Source of the DNA: an uncultured Lachnospiraceae bacterium
GTDB taxonomy: Bacteria > Bacillota > Clostridia > Lachnospirales > Lachnospiraceae
Length of the DNA: 64,000 nucleotides
Direction of reading: 5' to 3'
NCBI GenBank assembly: GCA_947629865.1
Contig: CANRFJ010000012.1
Location: forward strand, 8,520-72,519
Part shown: positions 31,559 through 40,765 of the stretch, piece after piece
Layout: the number at the start of each line of letters is the position of its first letter
Position numbering within the stretch: position 1 is the stretch's first letter
Translations under genes and position numbers: made by a program
The notes under the pieces: model-generated
The model's input: the letters and a program-made list of their open reading frames with translations, nothing else
Database searches by the model: none
What the model was told of the DNA's origin: nothing

Positions 31559-33625
31559 ATGATTAGTATCGGAACAATGATTGGAAACCGCTACGAAGTG
31601 CTTGAAAAGGCTGGCACAGGGGGAATGGCGGACGTATACCGCGCCAGGGATCACAGGCTGAACCGTTTTGTGGCGGTCAAGGTATTGAAAAATGAATACA
31701 GCGAGGACACAAAGTTTGTCACAAAATTCCGGCAGGAGGCCCAGGCAGTTGCCTGCCTGTCCCACCCCAACGTAGTAGGAGTGTACGACGTGGGAGAGGA
31801 AGACGGTATGCACTATATCGTCATGGAATTTGTCGATGGCATTACGCTGAAGAAATATATAGAGCGAAAGGGGAAGCTTTCCGTCAGGGAGGCGGTGGGA
31901 ATTGGCCTTCAGATTGCAAACGGCCTGGAGGCGGCGCACAGCAACCACATTATACACAGGGATATCAAACCGCAGAATATATTGATTTCCAAGGACGGCA
32001 CGGCCAAGGTGACGGATTTTGGCATCGCCAAGGCGGCCAGCGCCAACACCATCACCGCCAATGCCATGGGATCCGTGCACTATATTTCGCCGGAGCAGGC
32101 AAGGGGCGGATTCAGCGACGAAAAAAGCGATATTTACTCTCTTGGCGTGACAATCTATGAGATGCTCAGCGGCACCCTGCCGTTTTCTGGAGAGAGCGCT
32201 GTGGCCGTGGCGCTGGCACATATTCAGGACGACGCTACGCCGCTGGAGGCCATTGACGCCACGATTCCCAGAGGACTTAGCAACATTGTCGCCAAGTGTA
32301 TGCAGAAAAAGACAGAACTCAGATACCCGACGGCGGCGGATCTGATCGCGGACATGAAAATGTTTTTACAGGATCCGTCCGGTGAATACGGGGTGATTAA
32401 GCCGCTGTATGAAAATTCAGAGACGATTTTCATATCCAGCGGGGACATGGATACCCTGAAGGCGGCGTCAGGAAAGGTCAGTCCCGATGAAGATGTGGCG
32501 GGAGACGACAAGCTGGAAGAAGATGAGGAAGCAGAGGGAGACGTAGATCCCAAGTTAGAGAAGGCGCTGATCATTGGAAGCGTTGTCGTCGCCATTATTA
32601 TCGGCATCATTATTATCTTTATGTTAGGTAAATTTATCGGCCTGTGGGGAGGAAATTCTGTGGCTACCGTCACTCCGTCTCCTTCCGCCAGTGCGGGCGC
32701 CACAGCTGACAAATCGCCGGAACCGGCACTCGCAGAGGGGCAGACAGTAGTTCCCTCCATTGCGGGAATGACAAAGGAAGCCGCCATTGTAGAACTTGAA
32801 AACAACGAATTGCAATACAAGTTTACAGAGCAGGAATCCGACACGGAGGAGGAGGGCCAGGTAATCGGCACCAATCCGGAGGAGGGTTCCACGGTAGAGA
32901 AAGAAACGAAGATCGAGGTATATATCAGTTCCGGGCCGCACAAGGTCGGAGTGCCAAGCGTCATGTCCTATACGCCGGAGGAGGCGGAGAGCACATTGGA
33001 GGCAGCTGGTTTTACCGTCAAGACGGGAAGCAAGGTATACAGCGACACGGTGGAAAAAGGCAAAGTGGCCTATTCGGATCCAAAGGGCGGCGCCAAGGTG
33101 CTGCCGGGAGCCACTATCACCCTGCATGTCAGCAAGGGACCGGAAAAAACTACGGTGTCTGTGCCGGATCTGATTGGCATGACAAAGAGCCAGGCGAAAA
33201 CGGCGTTGAAAGAACGAGGGCTGGTACTCGGAAAGGTTTCCACGGCAAATTCGGACAACGTGACGAAGAACCATGTATGTATACAGAGCAAGGGCGAGGG
33301 AACCGAGGTAGAAAAGGGTTCCTCCGTGGATATCACCCTGAGCCTCGGGCCGGCAAAGACGTATTCGTATTATAACAATCCGGTCACGATTGACAATCCG
33401 TTTGATTATGAGAGCGATCCGGCGGCCACGATCAAGATGGTATTGATACAGGACGGAAAAACCTACTCAATCCGTGAGTCCCAGATGACATACAGCGACT
33501 TCCCGCTTGTATTGGAGGAAGGAGAAGTGAAGGGACACAGCGCCTCCCAGGGAGAGGTAGTAGTGTATAAGAACGGCGGCAGAGTCGGCGCCTATAATAT
33601 TACGTTCCGTCAAGTGGCAGAATAG
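31559..33625 (+). CDS. pknB: PASTA-domain Ser/Thr kinase (PknB/PrkC/Stk1)
   Basis: GTGGMA, VAVK, HRDIKPQN, DFGIA, TM helix, three PASTA repeats. Confidence 0.95.
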   Translation: MISIGTMIGNRYEVLEKAGTGGMADVYRARDHRLNRFVAVKVLKNEYSEDTKFVTKFRQEAQAVACLSHPNVVGVYDVGEEDGMHYIVMEFVDGITLKKYIERKGKLSVREAVGIGLQIANGLEAAHSNHIIHRDIKPQNILISKDGTAKVTDFGIAKAASANTITANAMGSVHYISPEQARGGFSDEKSDIYSLGVTIYEMLSGTLPFSGESAVAVALAHIQDDATPLEAIDATIPRGLSNIVAKCMQKKTELRYPTAADLIADMKMFLQDPSGEYGVIKPLYENSETIFISSGDMDTLKAASGKVSPDEDVAGDDKLEEDEEAEGDVDPKLEKALIIGSVVVAIIIGIIIIFMLGKFIGLWGGNSVATVTPSPSASAGATADKSPEPALAEGQTVVPSIAGMTKEAAIVELENNELQYKFTEQESDTEEEGQVIGTNPEEGSTVEKETKIEVYISSGPHKVGVPSVMSYTPEEAESTLEAAGFTVKTGSKVYSDTVEKGKVAYSDPKGGAKVLPGATITLHVSKGPEKTTVSVPDLIGMTKSQAKTALKERGLVLGKVSTANSDNVTKNHVCIQSKGEGTEVEKGSSVDITLSLGPAKTYSYYNNPVTIDNPFDYESDPAATIKMVLIQDGKTYSIRESQMTYSDFPLVLEEGEVKGHSASQGEVVVYKNGGRVGAYNITFRQVAE

Positions 33626-33627
33626 CG

Positions 33628-34518
33628 ATGAGGGGAAAGATAATTAAGGGAATCGCAGGATTCTACTACGTCTGGGCCGAAGACGGGCGACTTTATGAGT
33701 GTAAGGCGAAGGGGAGTTTTCGCCAGGAGGGGATAAAACCACTGGTGGGAGACAATGTTTTGATCCGGATTCTGGATTCGGACAGGCTCCTGGGGAGTAT
33801 GGAGGAAATCTGTCCGAGGAAGAACGAGCTGATTCGTCCGGCAGTGGCCAATGTGGATCAGGCCATGGTGATTTTTGCCATGACAGAGCCGGAGCCCAAT
33901 CTGAATCTGTTAGATCGGTTTCTAATCATGATGGAGTGGCAGGGGGTGGAGACGGTCATCTGCTTCAGCAAGCAGGATATGGTGGACAGCGAGGAGGAGA
34001 GACGGCTGACGTCTGTTTACGAAAAATGCGCAAACAGGGTATTGACATTCAGCAATCCGGAGAAGACGGGCATCGACCAGGTGCGGACATGCCTTGAGGG
34101 AAAGACCACAGTGCTGGCAGGGCCGTCCGGTGTGGGGAAATCCAGTCTGGTGAATCAGATCTATCCGCAGGCGGCCTCGGAGACAGGCGAAGTGAGTGAA
34201 AAAATCGGCAGGGGTAGGCACACTACCAGACATTCCGAACTGTATCGAATCGGGGAGAATTCTTTTCTCTTTGACACCCCCGGTTTTAGTTCCCTGAAAC
34301 TGCCGGATATACCGAAGGAAGAACTGCGCCGTTATTTTACAGAATTTCTGCCCTATGAGGGAAAGTGCCGGTACATGGGATGTTCTCACATTCATGAACC
34401 GGGCTGTGTGATAAAGGAAGAAGGAAAAATCTGCCGCAGCCGTTACCGGAATTATGTCCAGATGTACGAGGAGCTGGCCGAGCAGGAAAAAAGAAGAAAC
34501 CGGAGGAATAAGAAATGA
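33628..34518 (+). CDS. rsgA: Ribosome small subunit-dependent GTPase A
   Basis: RPAVAN, GPSGVGKSS, GRHTT, DTPG, C-terminal CxxxxCxHxxEPGC. Confidence 0.96.
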   Translation: MRGKIIKGIAGFYYVWAEDGRLYECKAKGSFRQEGIKPLVGDNVLIRILDSDRLLGSMEEICPRKNELIRPAVANVDQAMVIFAMTEPEPNLNLLDRFLIMMEWQGVETVICFSKQDMVDSEEERRLTSVYEKCANRVLTFSNPEKTGIDQVRTCLEGKTTVLAGPSGVGKSSLVNQIYPQAASETGEVSEKIGRGRHTTRHSELYRIGENSFLFDTPGFSSLKLPDIPKEELRRYFTEFLPYEGKCRYMGCSHIHEPGCVIKEEGKICRSRYRNYVQMYEELAEQEKRRNRRNKK

Positions 34519-35177
34519 ACGATAAGCTGTCGCCCTCCATTCTGGCAGCGGATGTATCCTGTCTTGGACAGCAGATACAGGAGGCTGAGAAGGCCGGAGC
34601 GGAATATATTCATATCGATGTAATGGACGGCGTATTTGTACCGAACATTTCTTTTGGGCTCCCGATTGTCCGGGGGCTTAGAGCCTGTGTGGAGTCTTTC
34701 TTTGACGTACATCTGATGATTGTAAATCCAATCCGGTATGTAGAGCGCTTTGCCCAGGCCGGAGCGGACGGAATCACCGTTCATGCGGAGGCTTGTGAGG
34801 ATTTGGAGGAGACAATCCGTGCAATACATGCCATGGGCAAAAAGGCGGGAGTTGCCATCAGTCCGGACACGGGAATCGAAGCGGTGCTCCCTGTCCTCGA
34901 CCGTGTTTCCATGGTTCTCGTAATGACAGTGCATCCCGGATATGGAGGTCAGAAGATTATCACAGAGACCTTTGATAAGGTGAGAGCCCTGCGGGAGACA
35001 GCGGACAGGAGAGGCCTTCCGCTGGATATCGAAGTGGACGGCGGGGTAAACCTCGACAATATTGGGGAGATAAAAAAAGCGGGAGCCAATGTATTTGTGG
35101 CGGGGACAAAAATCTTCAGAGGAGATATTGCTGAGAATATCCGGAATTTCCGGAAGACGCTGGCGGGAGAGAAGTAG
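34515..35177 (+). CDS. rpe: Ribulose-phosphate 3-epimerase
   Basis: SPSILAAD, HIDVMDG.FVPN, DVHLM, MTVHPG, EVDGG. Confidence 0.96.
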   Translation: MNDKLSPSILAADVSCLGQQIQEAEKAGAEYIHIDVMDGVFVPNISFGLPIVRGLRACVESFFDVHLMIVNPIRYVERFAQAGADGITVHAEACEDLEETIRAIHAMGKKAGVAISPDTGIEAVLPVLDRVSMVLVMTVHPGYGGQKIITETFDKVRALRETADRRGLPLDIEVDGGVNLDNIGEIKKAGANVFVAGTKIFRGDIAENIRNFRKTLAGEK

Positions 35178-35221
35178 ACGTTTAACGAGGTAAAGTCAGC
35201 CTGAAGCTATAGGAGCAGGTT

Positions 35222-35914
35222 ATGGAAAACCGATTTTCAAGGACGCAGCAGATATTTGGAAAAGAAAATATGCAGAAACTGGCCGCTTCCAGAATCGCTG
35301 TGTTCGGAATCGGGGGAGTCGGCGGGTATACGGTCGAGGCGTTGGCCAGGAGCGGCGTGGGAACGCTGGATCTCATTGATGCCGACAAGGTTTGCCTCAC
35401 GAATATTAACAGGCAGATTCTGGCGACGGATAAGACGGTAGGCCGGTATAAGACAGATGTGGCGCGCGAGAGGATTCTTGACATTAATCCCGATGCGGTT
35501 GTCAACGTCCACAAAGTGTTTTATCTGCCCGACACACGAGAGCGGTTTGATTTCACCCAATACGACTATGTTGTGGACGCGATCGACACAGTGACGGGTA
35601 AAATAGAACTGGTTTTGCAGGCAAAGGAGGCAGGGACGCCAATCATAAGCAGTATGGGGGCGGGAAACAAAATCAATCCGGCCATGTTTGAAGTGGCGGA
35701 TATCTATGAGACGTCGGTTTGTCCGCTGGCAAGAGTAATGCGGCGCGAACTGAAGAAAAGAGGCGTCAAACGGCTAAAGGTTGTATATTCCAGAGAAAAG
35801 CCGCGCGAAGCAGGGGGAAGGGTTCCCGGCAGCACGGCTTTTGTCCCGTCGGTGGCGGGATTTATTATTGCCAGTGAGGTGATAAAGGATATTCTGCAGA
35901 TTCATAACGATTAA
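35222..35914 (+). CDS. tcdA: tRNA threonylcarbamoyladenosine dehydratase (ThiF family)
   Basis: VFGIGGVGG, TNINRQ, DAIDT, SSMGAG, CPLARVMR. Confidence 0.85.
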   Translation: MENRFSRTQQIFGKENMQKLAASRIAVFGIGGVGGYTVEALARSGVGTLDLIDADKVCLTNINRQILATDKTVGRYKTDVARERILDINPDAVVNVHKVFYLPDTRERFDFTQYDYVVDAIDTVTGKIELVLQAKEAGTPIISSMGAGNKINPAMFEVADIYETSVCPLARVMRRELKKRGVKRLKVVYSREKPREAGGRVPGSTAFVPSVAGFIIASEVIKDILQIHND

Positions 35915-35919
35915 ACAGA

Positions 35920-35985
35920 GACTGCTTTCTTGCCACACAATACGTCCGGAAGGAGAGACGCCCGGACGCATGGCGGAGAGCAGTC
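35920..35985. terminator. Long imperfect hairpin between convergent tcdA and sensor kinase genes
   Basis: GACTGCTTTCTTGCCA/TGGCGGAGAGCAGTC outer arms with inner CGTCCGG/CCGGACG. Confidence 0.55.
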
Positions 35986-38900
35986 ATTGTCTGTCCGCAA
36001 ACAGTTCCCGCAGGAGGGACATCATGCGATCCAGTTCAAGAGGCTTGGCGAGATGGCCGTTCATGCCTGCGGCCAGAGCCTGCTCACGGTCTTCCTGAAA
36101 GGCGTTTGCGGTCATGGCGATGATGGGAATATTGGCAAATGCCGGTTCGCTCATGGCGCGAATGGCGCGGGTGGCGGCGTAGCCGTCCATGATGGGCATC
36201 TGGATATCCATCAGAATCAGATCGTAGTAACCGGGTATGGACTCAAGGAGCATATCGCATGTCTGTTGTCCGTTTTCCGCGCATTTTACTTCAAATCCGG
36301 CTTCTGTCAGAATCTCGACGGCAATCTCCCGATTGAGGTCGTTGTCCTCGGCCAGAAGAATGTGCTTGCCGATAAATAGATCTTCCTGAGAGAAGGCGGC
36401 TGCTTTTATGTCCGCGGGTGCTTCGGCATCGGTCTGGCCCAGACTGTTCTCTAGCGTGTGATGGAGTTCAGATGCAAAGAGAGGTTTGCTGATAAAACCG
36501 GTGACTCCGGCCGCACGGGCTTCCGTCTCAATATCTGACCAGTCATAGGCGGACATGAGGATAATGGGAGAATCCTCCCCTACGATTGTGCGGATTTCTC
36601 TCACGGTCTCTATGCCGTTTAACTCCGGCATAGACCAGTCCACTATATAGACCTCAAACGGATCGGCTAAGTCTACAGCTTCTCTGGTGCGGACGATTGC
36701 TTCCTGACCGGACGGCGCCCACTCGGCTCTCATTCCGATCTGTCTCAGCATTTTTGATACGCTCTGACAGCAGACCATATCGTCGTCTACCACCAGCCCC
36801 CGGAATCCCTTCAGTTCCTCGATGGGGCTGACTTCTTTATGTGCGGCGGAAAAGCGCAACTCAAGATTTACCGTAAAAACAGTGCCTTTTCCGGGAGCGC
36901 TCTCAACCTCAATGGTGCCGCCCATCATGTCCACGATATTTTTTGTGATAGCCATGCCAAGCCCTGTTCCCTGAATTCCGCTGATCGTGGAAGTCTGCTC
37001 TCTGGTAAACGGATCGAATACCGAGGCGGTAAATTCGGGGCTCATGCCGATGCCGGTGTCGCTGATCCGGAATTCGTACAGTCCGCGCTTTTCCGAGCGG
37101 GAGGGCTTCTGCGTAACCCGAATGGATATGGTGCCTCCGGCGGGCGTGAACTTGATGGCGTTGGAAGTCAGATTCAGAAGAATCTGATTCAGCCGCAATT
37201 TGTCGCAATACACTTCTTCGTCTTCAATATCCACTGTGTCAATAAACAGCTCCAGCCGCTTTGCGTGAATATCGGACTGAATTATATCCCGCAGCTCCTG
37301 TAGGATCTTTGCCATATTTTCCGGGTGTTCATGGATAGTTACCTTGCCGGATTCAATGCGGCTCATGTCCAGCACATCATTGATGAGGGAGAGGAGATGA
37401 TTTGAGGCCTTGGAAATTTTACCAAGATAATCCATGGCCCGTTTCCGGTTGTCGAGATGGGTGGTTGTCAGAGCCGTATAGCCGATGATGGCATTCATCG
37501 GGGTGCGTATGTCATGGGACATATTGTTCAGGAAAGTCGTCTTGGCCCGACTGGCGGCATCGGCCGTCTGGAGAGCCTGAGTCAGTTCTTCCGTCTTTTT
37601 CTCCAGTTCGCCGGTGGCCAGGGCAATTTTTCTTTTTAACAGCTTCTGGTTGCGGGTTCGCACTGTCAGCATAGCCAGGGCAAATAAAAGGAGGAGAATG
37701 AGGATAACGCCAAGGACGCTGTAAAGCGGATTCCGGTAGAGGAAGGCAGTCAGACTCACACGGTTGTCTACGCCGGAATCAATCTCCTGCGACACGATGG
37801 CCCCCAGCTCTGCATCGGTAAAACTATCCGATCCCTTGTCTAAGAGGGAGAGGAGATAGCGTCCTCCCTGTACGTTGTTTCCCACGGCATAGGAAAAAGA
37901 GGCGTCTCCAAAGACAACCGATGTCAGGCGGTTGCGGGTATCCTCCTGGACATACATCTCAGCGGTGTAGGTATAGAGAATGGCGGCGTCTACCTCTTTG
38001 TTTAGAACTGCCTGAACGCAGTCAGTTCTGGACGGATAGCGGATTATGGAATCCTTGGGATACCGGCTGGCGATTAAACTGTTGATCGCAGCATCTGCCT
38101 TCTCTATGATCGCTACACGGTTGACTGTTCCGGTAAAATTGTCCAGAGTCAGACGGGAAAGGTTGGTGGTAAAATACGGGACGGTAATCTTGCAGCCCTC
38201 CTTTTCCGCCAGATAGTAATCGCCGGAAAAATCCAGTACTATATCGGCCGCACCCGACGCGCGCAGGGAGTAGTATTCATCCTGGTTCCTGACAGGAATA
38301 TATTCGTATTGCAGATTCAGGCGGTCTGCCAGAATATTAAAGAGCGAGGGAAGGATTCCCTTGGCCTGACCGTTCCGGAAGTAGCAGTAGGGCTTTCGCT
38401 CCGGATTGATGAGCAGGCGCAGAGGGACGCCGGAGGAGCGGCGTTTTTCGAGAAAATCCCGCTCATTGGCGTTTATAATAACAGAACCGTCCTGATTCGT
38501 GGAATAATAAGTCTCGTGCAGTATTTCCCGCCAGTTTGGATCGTGCAAATCCATCTCATTGATAGCCGCATTGATCCGATCCATCAGATCGGAACGGTCT
38601 TTGCGCGTGCAGATATAAAAGGGGCTGGCATCAAAGGATTCTAACAGCCATTCGTTTTCCAACAGCCGGAGACTGCCAGAGACAGCGGCATCGACTTTTC
38701 CCTCCTGAAGGGCGGCGGAGAGTTCGTCCTGTCCATCAAAGTACCGCGGCTTGAATGTGAAGTTATGCTCTGTCGCAAAATTTGCAAAATTGGCATTTTT
38801 GGAATTTCCCTTCAACATTCCCACGGTGATTCCGTCATAGGTGCTATAGTTTCCCTCAACGATGTCGTGGTTTCCGGACTTCACGGTAAAAATCGTGGAG

Positions 38901-39268
38901 TTGACGCCGATAGATTGATTGGAAAACAAAAACTGCTTTTCTCGTTCGGGCGTTTTGGACACAGACGTCACGATATCTACATCGCCGCTTTGCAGCATAT
39001 CCAGAGCCTCGGAGTATGATTTGTTGTAGCCCACATATTTATAAGACCAGCCGGCGTGAATCGCCAGTCTCTGCAGGAATTCATAGCCATAGCCGCTCCG
39101 GCGGCCGTCTTCTTCTATTGTATGATAGCCGGGAAAAGAAAAATAGCCCACATTTATCACTTCCTGATCCGGCTGTTTTTCCACTGCCTTTGCAGCATAC
39201 GAATCAAAGCGGAATACGAGCGGCAGCAGGGCAGCCAGAGCGAAGCACAGTAAACGTATCTTTTTCAT
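35984..39268 (-). CDS. Hybrid sensor histidine kinase: two extracellular solute-binding (PBPb-like) domains, TM, HisKA, HATPase, two receiver domains
   Basis: Signal-like N-terminus; SHDIRTPMN, NLTSNAIKFT, DTGIG, GTGLG; REC1 VVDDD..VDWSMP..SKP; REC2 AEDN..MDIQMP..AKP. Confidence 0.93.
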   Translation of the reverse strand: MKKIRLLCFALAALLPLVFRFDSYAAKAVEKQPDQEVINVGYFSFPGYHTIEEDGRRSGYGYEFLQRLAIHAGWSYKYVGYNKSYSEALDMLQSGDVDIVTSVSKTPEREKQFLFSNQSIGVNSTIFTVKSGNHDIVEGNYSTYDGITVGMLKGNSKNANFANFATEHNFTFKPRYFDGQDELSAALQEGKVDAAVSGSLRLLENEWLLESFDASPFYICTRKDRSDLMDRINAAINEMDLHDPNWREILHETYYSTNQDGSVIINANERDFLEKRRSSGVPLRLLINPERKPYCYFRNGQAKGILPSLFNILADRLNLQYEYIPVRNQDEYYSLRASGAADIVLDFSGDYYLAEKEGCKITVPYFTTNLSRLTLDNFTGTVNRVAIIEKADAAINSLIASRYPKDSIIRYPSRTDCVQAVLNKEVDAAILYTYTAEMYVQEDTRNRLTSVVFGDASFSYAVGNNVQGGRYLLSLLDKGSDSFTDAELGAIVSQEIDSGVDNRVSLTAFLYRNPLYSVLGVILILLLLFALAMLTVRTRNQKLLKRKIALATGELEKKTEELTQALQTADAASRAKTTFLNNMSHDIRTPMNAIIGYTALTTTHLDNRKRAMDYLGKISKASNHLLSLINDVLDMSRIESGKVTIHEHPENMAKILQELRDIIQSDIHAKRLELFIDTVDIEDEEVYCDKLRLNQILLNLTSNAIKFTPAGGTISIRVTQKPSRSEKRGLYEFRISDTGIGMSPEFTASVFDPFTREQTSTISGIQGTGLGMAITKNIVDMMGGTIEVESAPGKGTVFTVNLELRFSAAHKEVSPIEELKGFRGLVVDDDMVCCQSVSKMLRQIGMRAEWAPSGQEAIVRTREAVDLADPFEVYIVDWSMPELNGIETVREIRTIVGEDSPIILMSAYDWSDIETEARAAGVTGFISKPLFASELHHTLENSLGQTDAEAPADIKAAAFSQEDLFIGKHILLAEDNDLNREIAVEILTEAGFEVKCAENGQQTCDMLLESIPGYYDLILMDIQMPIMDGYAATRAIRAMSEPAFANIPIIAMTANAFQEDREQALAAGMNGHLAKPLELDRMMSLLRELFADRQ

Positions 39269-39340
39269 ATAGTTCCTCCCTTATCTGAAAAGCAAATTTA
39301 TTGCCATAATATTTTACATGTCTGTTTGCCAACACCTATT

Positions 39341-39369
39341 ATTATATAGGGAAAACTGTTCAGATTCAA
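39341..39369 (-). promoter_or_regulatory. Sigma-A promoter of the hybrid kinase gene
   Basis: Minus strand TTGAAT-17 bp-TATAAT. Confidence 0.7.
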
Positions 39370-39378
39370 TATATTATT

Positions 39379-39416
39379 GCAACAGAATTTTCCATTTTAC
39401 AGCAACAGAATTTCCC
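39379..39416. repeat. 12-bp direct repeat GCAACAGAATTT x2 (23-bp period)
   Basis: Copies at 39379 and 39402, between the recombinase 3' end and the kinase -35. Confidence 0.75.
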
Positions 39417-39461
39417 GTTTGCGCACAAGGACGTTGCCATGCAGAAAGCGCTGTCATTTAA

Positions 39462-40385
39462 TCAGTGGATATGAAAATCCTTACGGGGGTGTTTGGTCGT
39501 CAGAATATCCCGTTGCTTTGAAACAGCTACATGAGTGTAAATTTCTGTGATGTTAATTGAACTGTGCCCCAACATTTCCTGAATATAGCGGATATCAACA
39601 TCTGCCTCCAGCAGACAGGTTGCAAAGGTATGCCGGAACATATGGGGAGTAATGTGAAGGTCAATGGCGGCAAGATTCGAATATTTCATTATCATTCTGC
39701 GGACAGACTGATCCGATAAGGGCCTGCCGGATTGGTTCACAAAAAAGTGGTGGCATTGTGCTGTTTTGTCAGAGAATACGCTTCTATAGTTTGCCAGGGC
39801 GGCAATGACGTCCGGATTACCCAGTTGAAGCCTGCGTTCTTTGGAACCTTTTCCGTAGATAAGAATGGTTCCGTCCTGGAGATTTATATCCCTTTCACTT
39901 AGAGAGCACAGTTCAGAAATACGGATTCCGGTTGCAAAGAGAAGCTCGCACACGGCAGCGTCGCGGACGGCTTCTTTTTGCTGATGGATTGTTTTTGCCT
40001 GTGTCTGACGGTTGTATATAGTCCTTAAAAGGTATTCCATTGTTTGCAGGGGGATAATTTTTGGCAGGATAACAGGCTCTTTGAATTTTATATGCAGTTT
40101 GCTGAAGGGATTTTGCACAATCAATTCCCTGTATTCAAAATAATGGAAAAGCGCTTTGAGCGAGGCGATTTTTCGTTTGACAGTTCTTGGCTGATAATTC
40201 TGGTGAAGGTGGGAGATATAGCCCTCCAAAATGTCAGGGGTGACGTTCGTTAATTGTGTTTCTGCAATGTAGCCGGCAAACTGCTCAAGGTCGATGCGAT
40301 AGGCTTTTACCGTTTTAACGTCCAGACGTTTTTGCAGTGTGCAGTAATTCAGGTAGTTTTTGATTTGCGATTCATTGTTGCTCAT
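39462..40385 (-). CDS. Tyrosine recombinase/integrase (XerC/D-like fold)
   Basis: N-terminal SAM-like domain; catalytic set TGIRISE (R), GKGSKER (K), HMFRH, LGHSS, TEIYTH (Y). Confidence 0.93.
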   Translation of the reverse strand: MSNNESQIKNYLNYCTLQKRLDVKTVKAYRIDLEQFAGYIAETQLTNVTPDILEGYISHLHQNYQPRTVKRKIASLKALFHYFEYRELIVQNPFSKLHIKFKEPVILPKIIPLQTMEYLLRTIYNRQTQAKTIHQQKEAVRDAAVCELLFATGIRISELCSLSERDINLQDGTILIYGKGSKERRLQLGNPDVIAALANYRSVFSDKTAQCHHFFVNQSGRPLSDQSVRRMIMKYSNLAAIDLHITPHMFRHTFATCLLEADVDIRYIQEMLGHSSINITEIYTHVAVSKQRDILTTKHPRKDFHIH

Positions 40386-40606
40386 GATTGGTCTCCTTTG
40401 TTTTGTGATGCTTATAATTATAACTTTTTGGGAGATGTATGTGGAATGGGGGATAAAAATTTAAGAAATAGAAAACAAGTGATTTCCGCCGGGCCTGAAC
40501 TGCAGTATGTATAACAAATATATAGAAATTTAACATTTTACTTTTGGGGCTTTGTATGGTACACTGTAAAACAGTATATTAAGGACTTATTGCAGAAAAG
40601 AGCCAT

Positions 40607-40756
40607 CGCCAGGAGGCTCGGATTTTGCTTCGCAAAACACAAGGAGGAAAATCCTCTCCTCGCCAAGAGGCTCGGATTTTGCTTCGCAAAACACAAGGAG
40701 GAAAATCCTCTCCTCGCCAAGAGGCTCGGATTTTGCTTCGCAAAACACAAGGAGGA
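40607..40756 (+). repeat. 54-bp tandem repeat, ~2.8 copies, in the ychF 5' leader
   Basis: Units start at 40607, 40661 and 40715; only one mismatch among them; each unit carries TTTTGCTTCGCAAAA and AAGGAGG. Confidence 0.95.
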
Positions 40757-40765
40757 TTTGAAGTT

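Noticed and set aside
35920-40600. Invertible segment, shufflon or integron driven by the recombinase
   Set aside because: No matching inverted repeats flanking the kinase or its promoter, no attC-like sites and no hsdS cassettes were found by eye.
40607-40756. 54-bp array as a CRISPR array
   Set aside because: Units are identical end to end with no unique spacers, and no cas genes are present.
40625-40765. 47-aa N-terminal extension of YchF from TTG 40625
   Set aside because: It arises because the repeat length is a multiple of 3; the canonical MKLGIVG start at 40766 has its own RBS.
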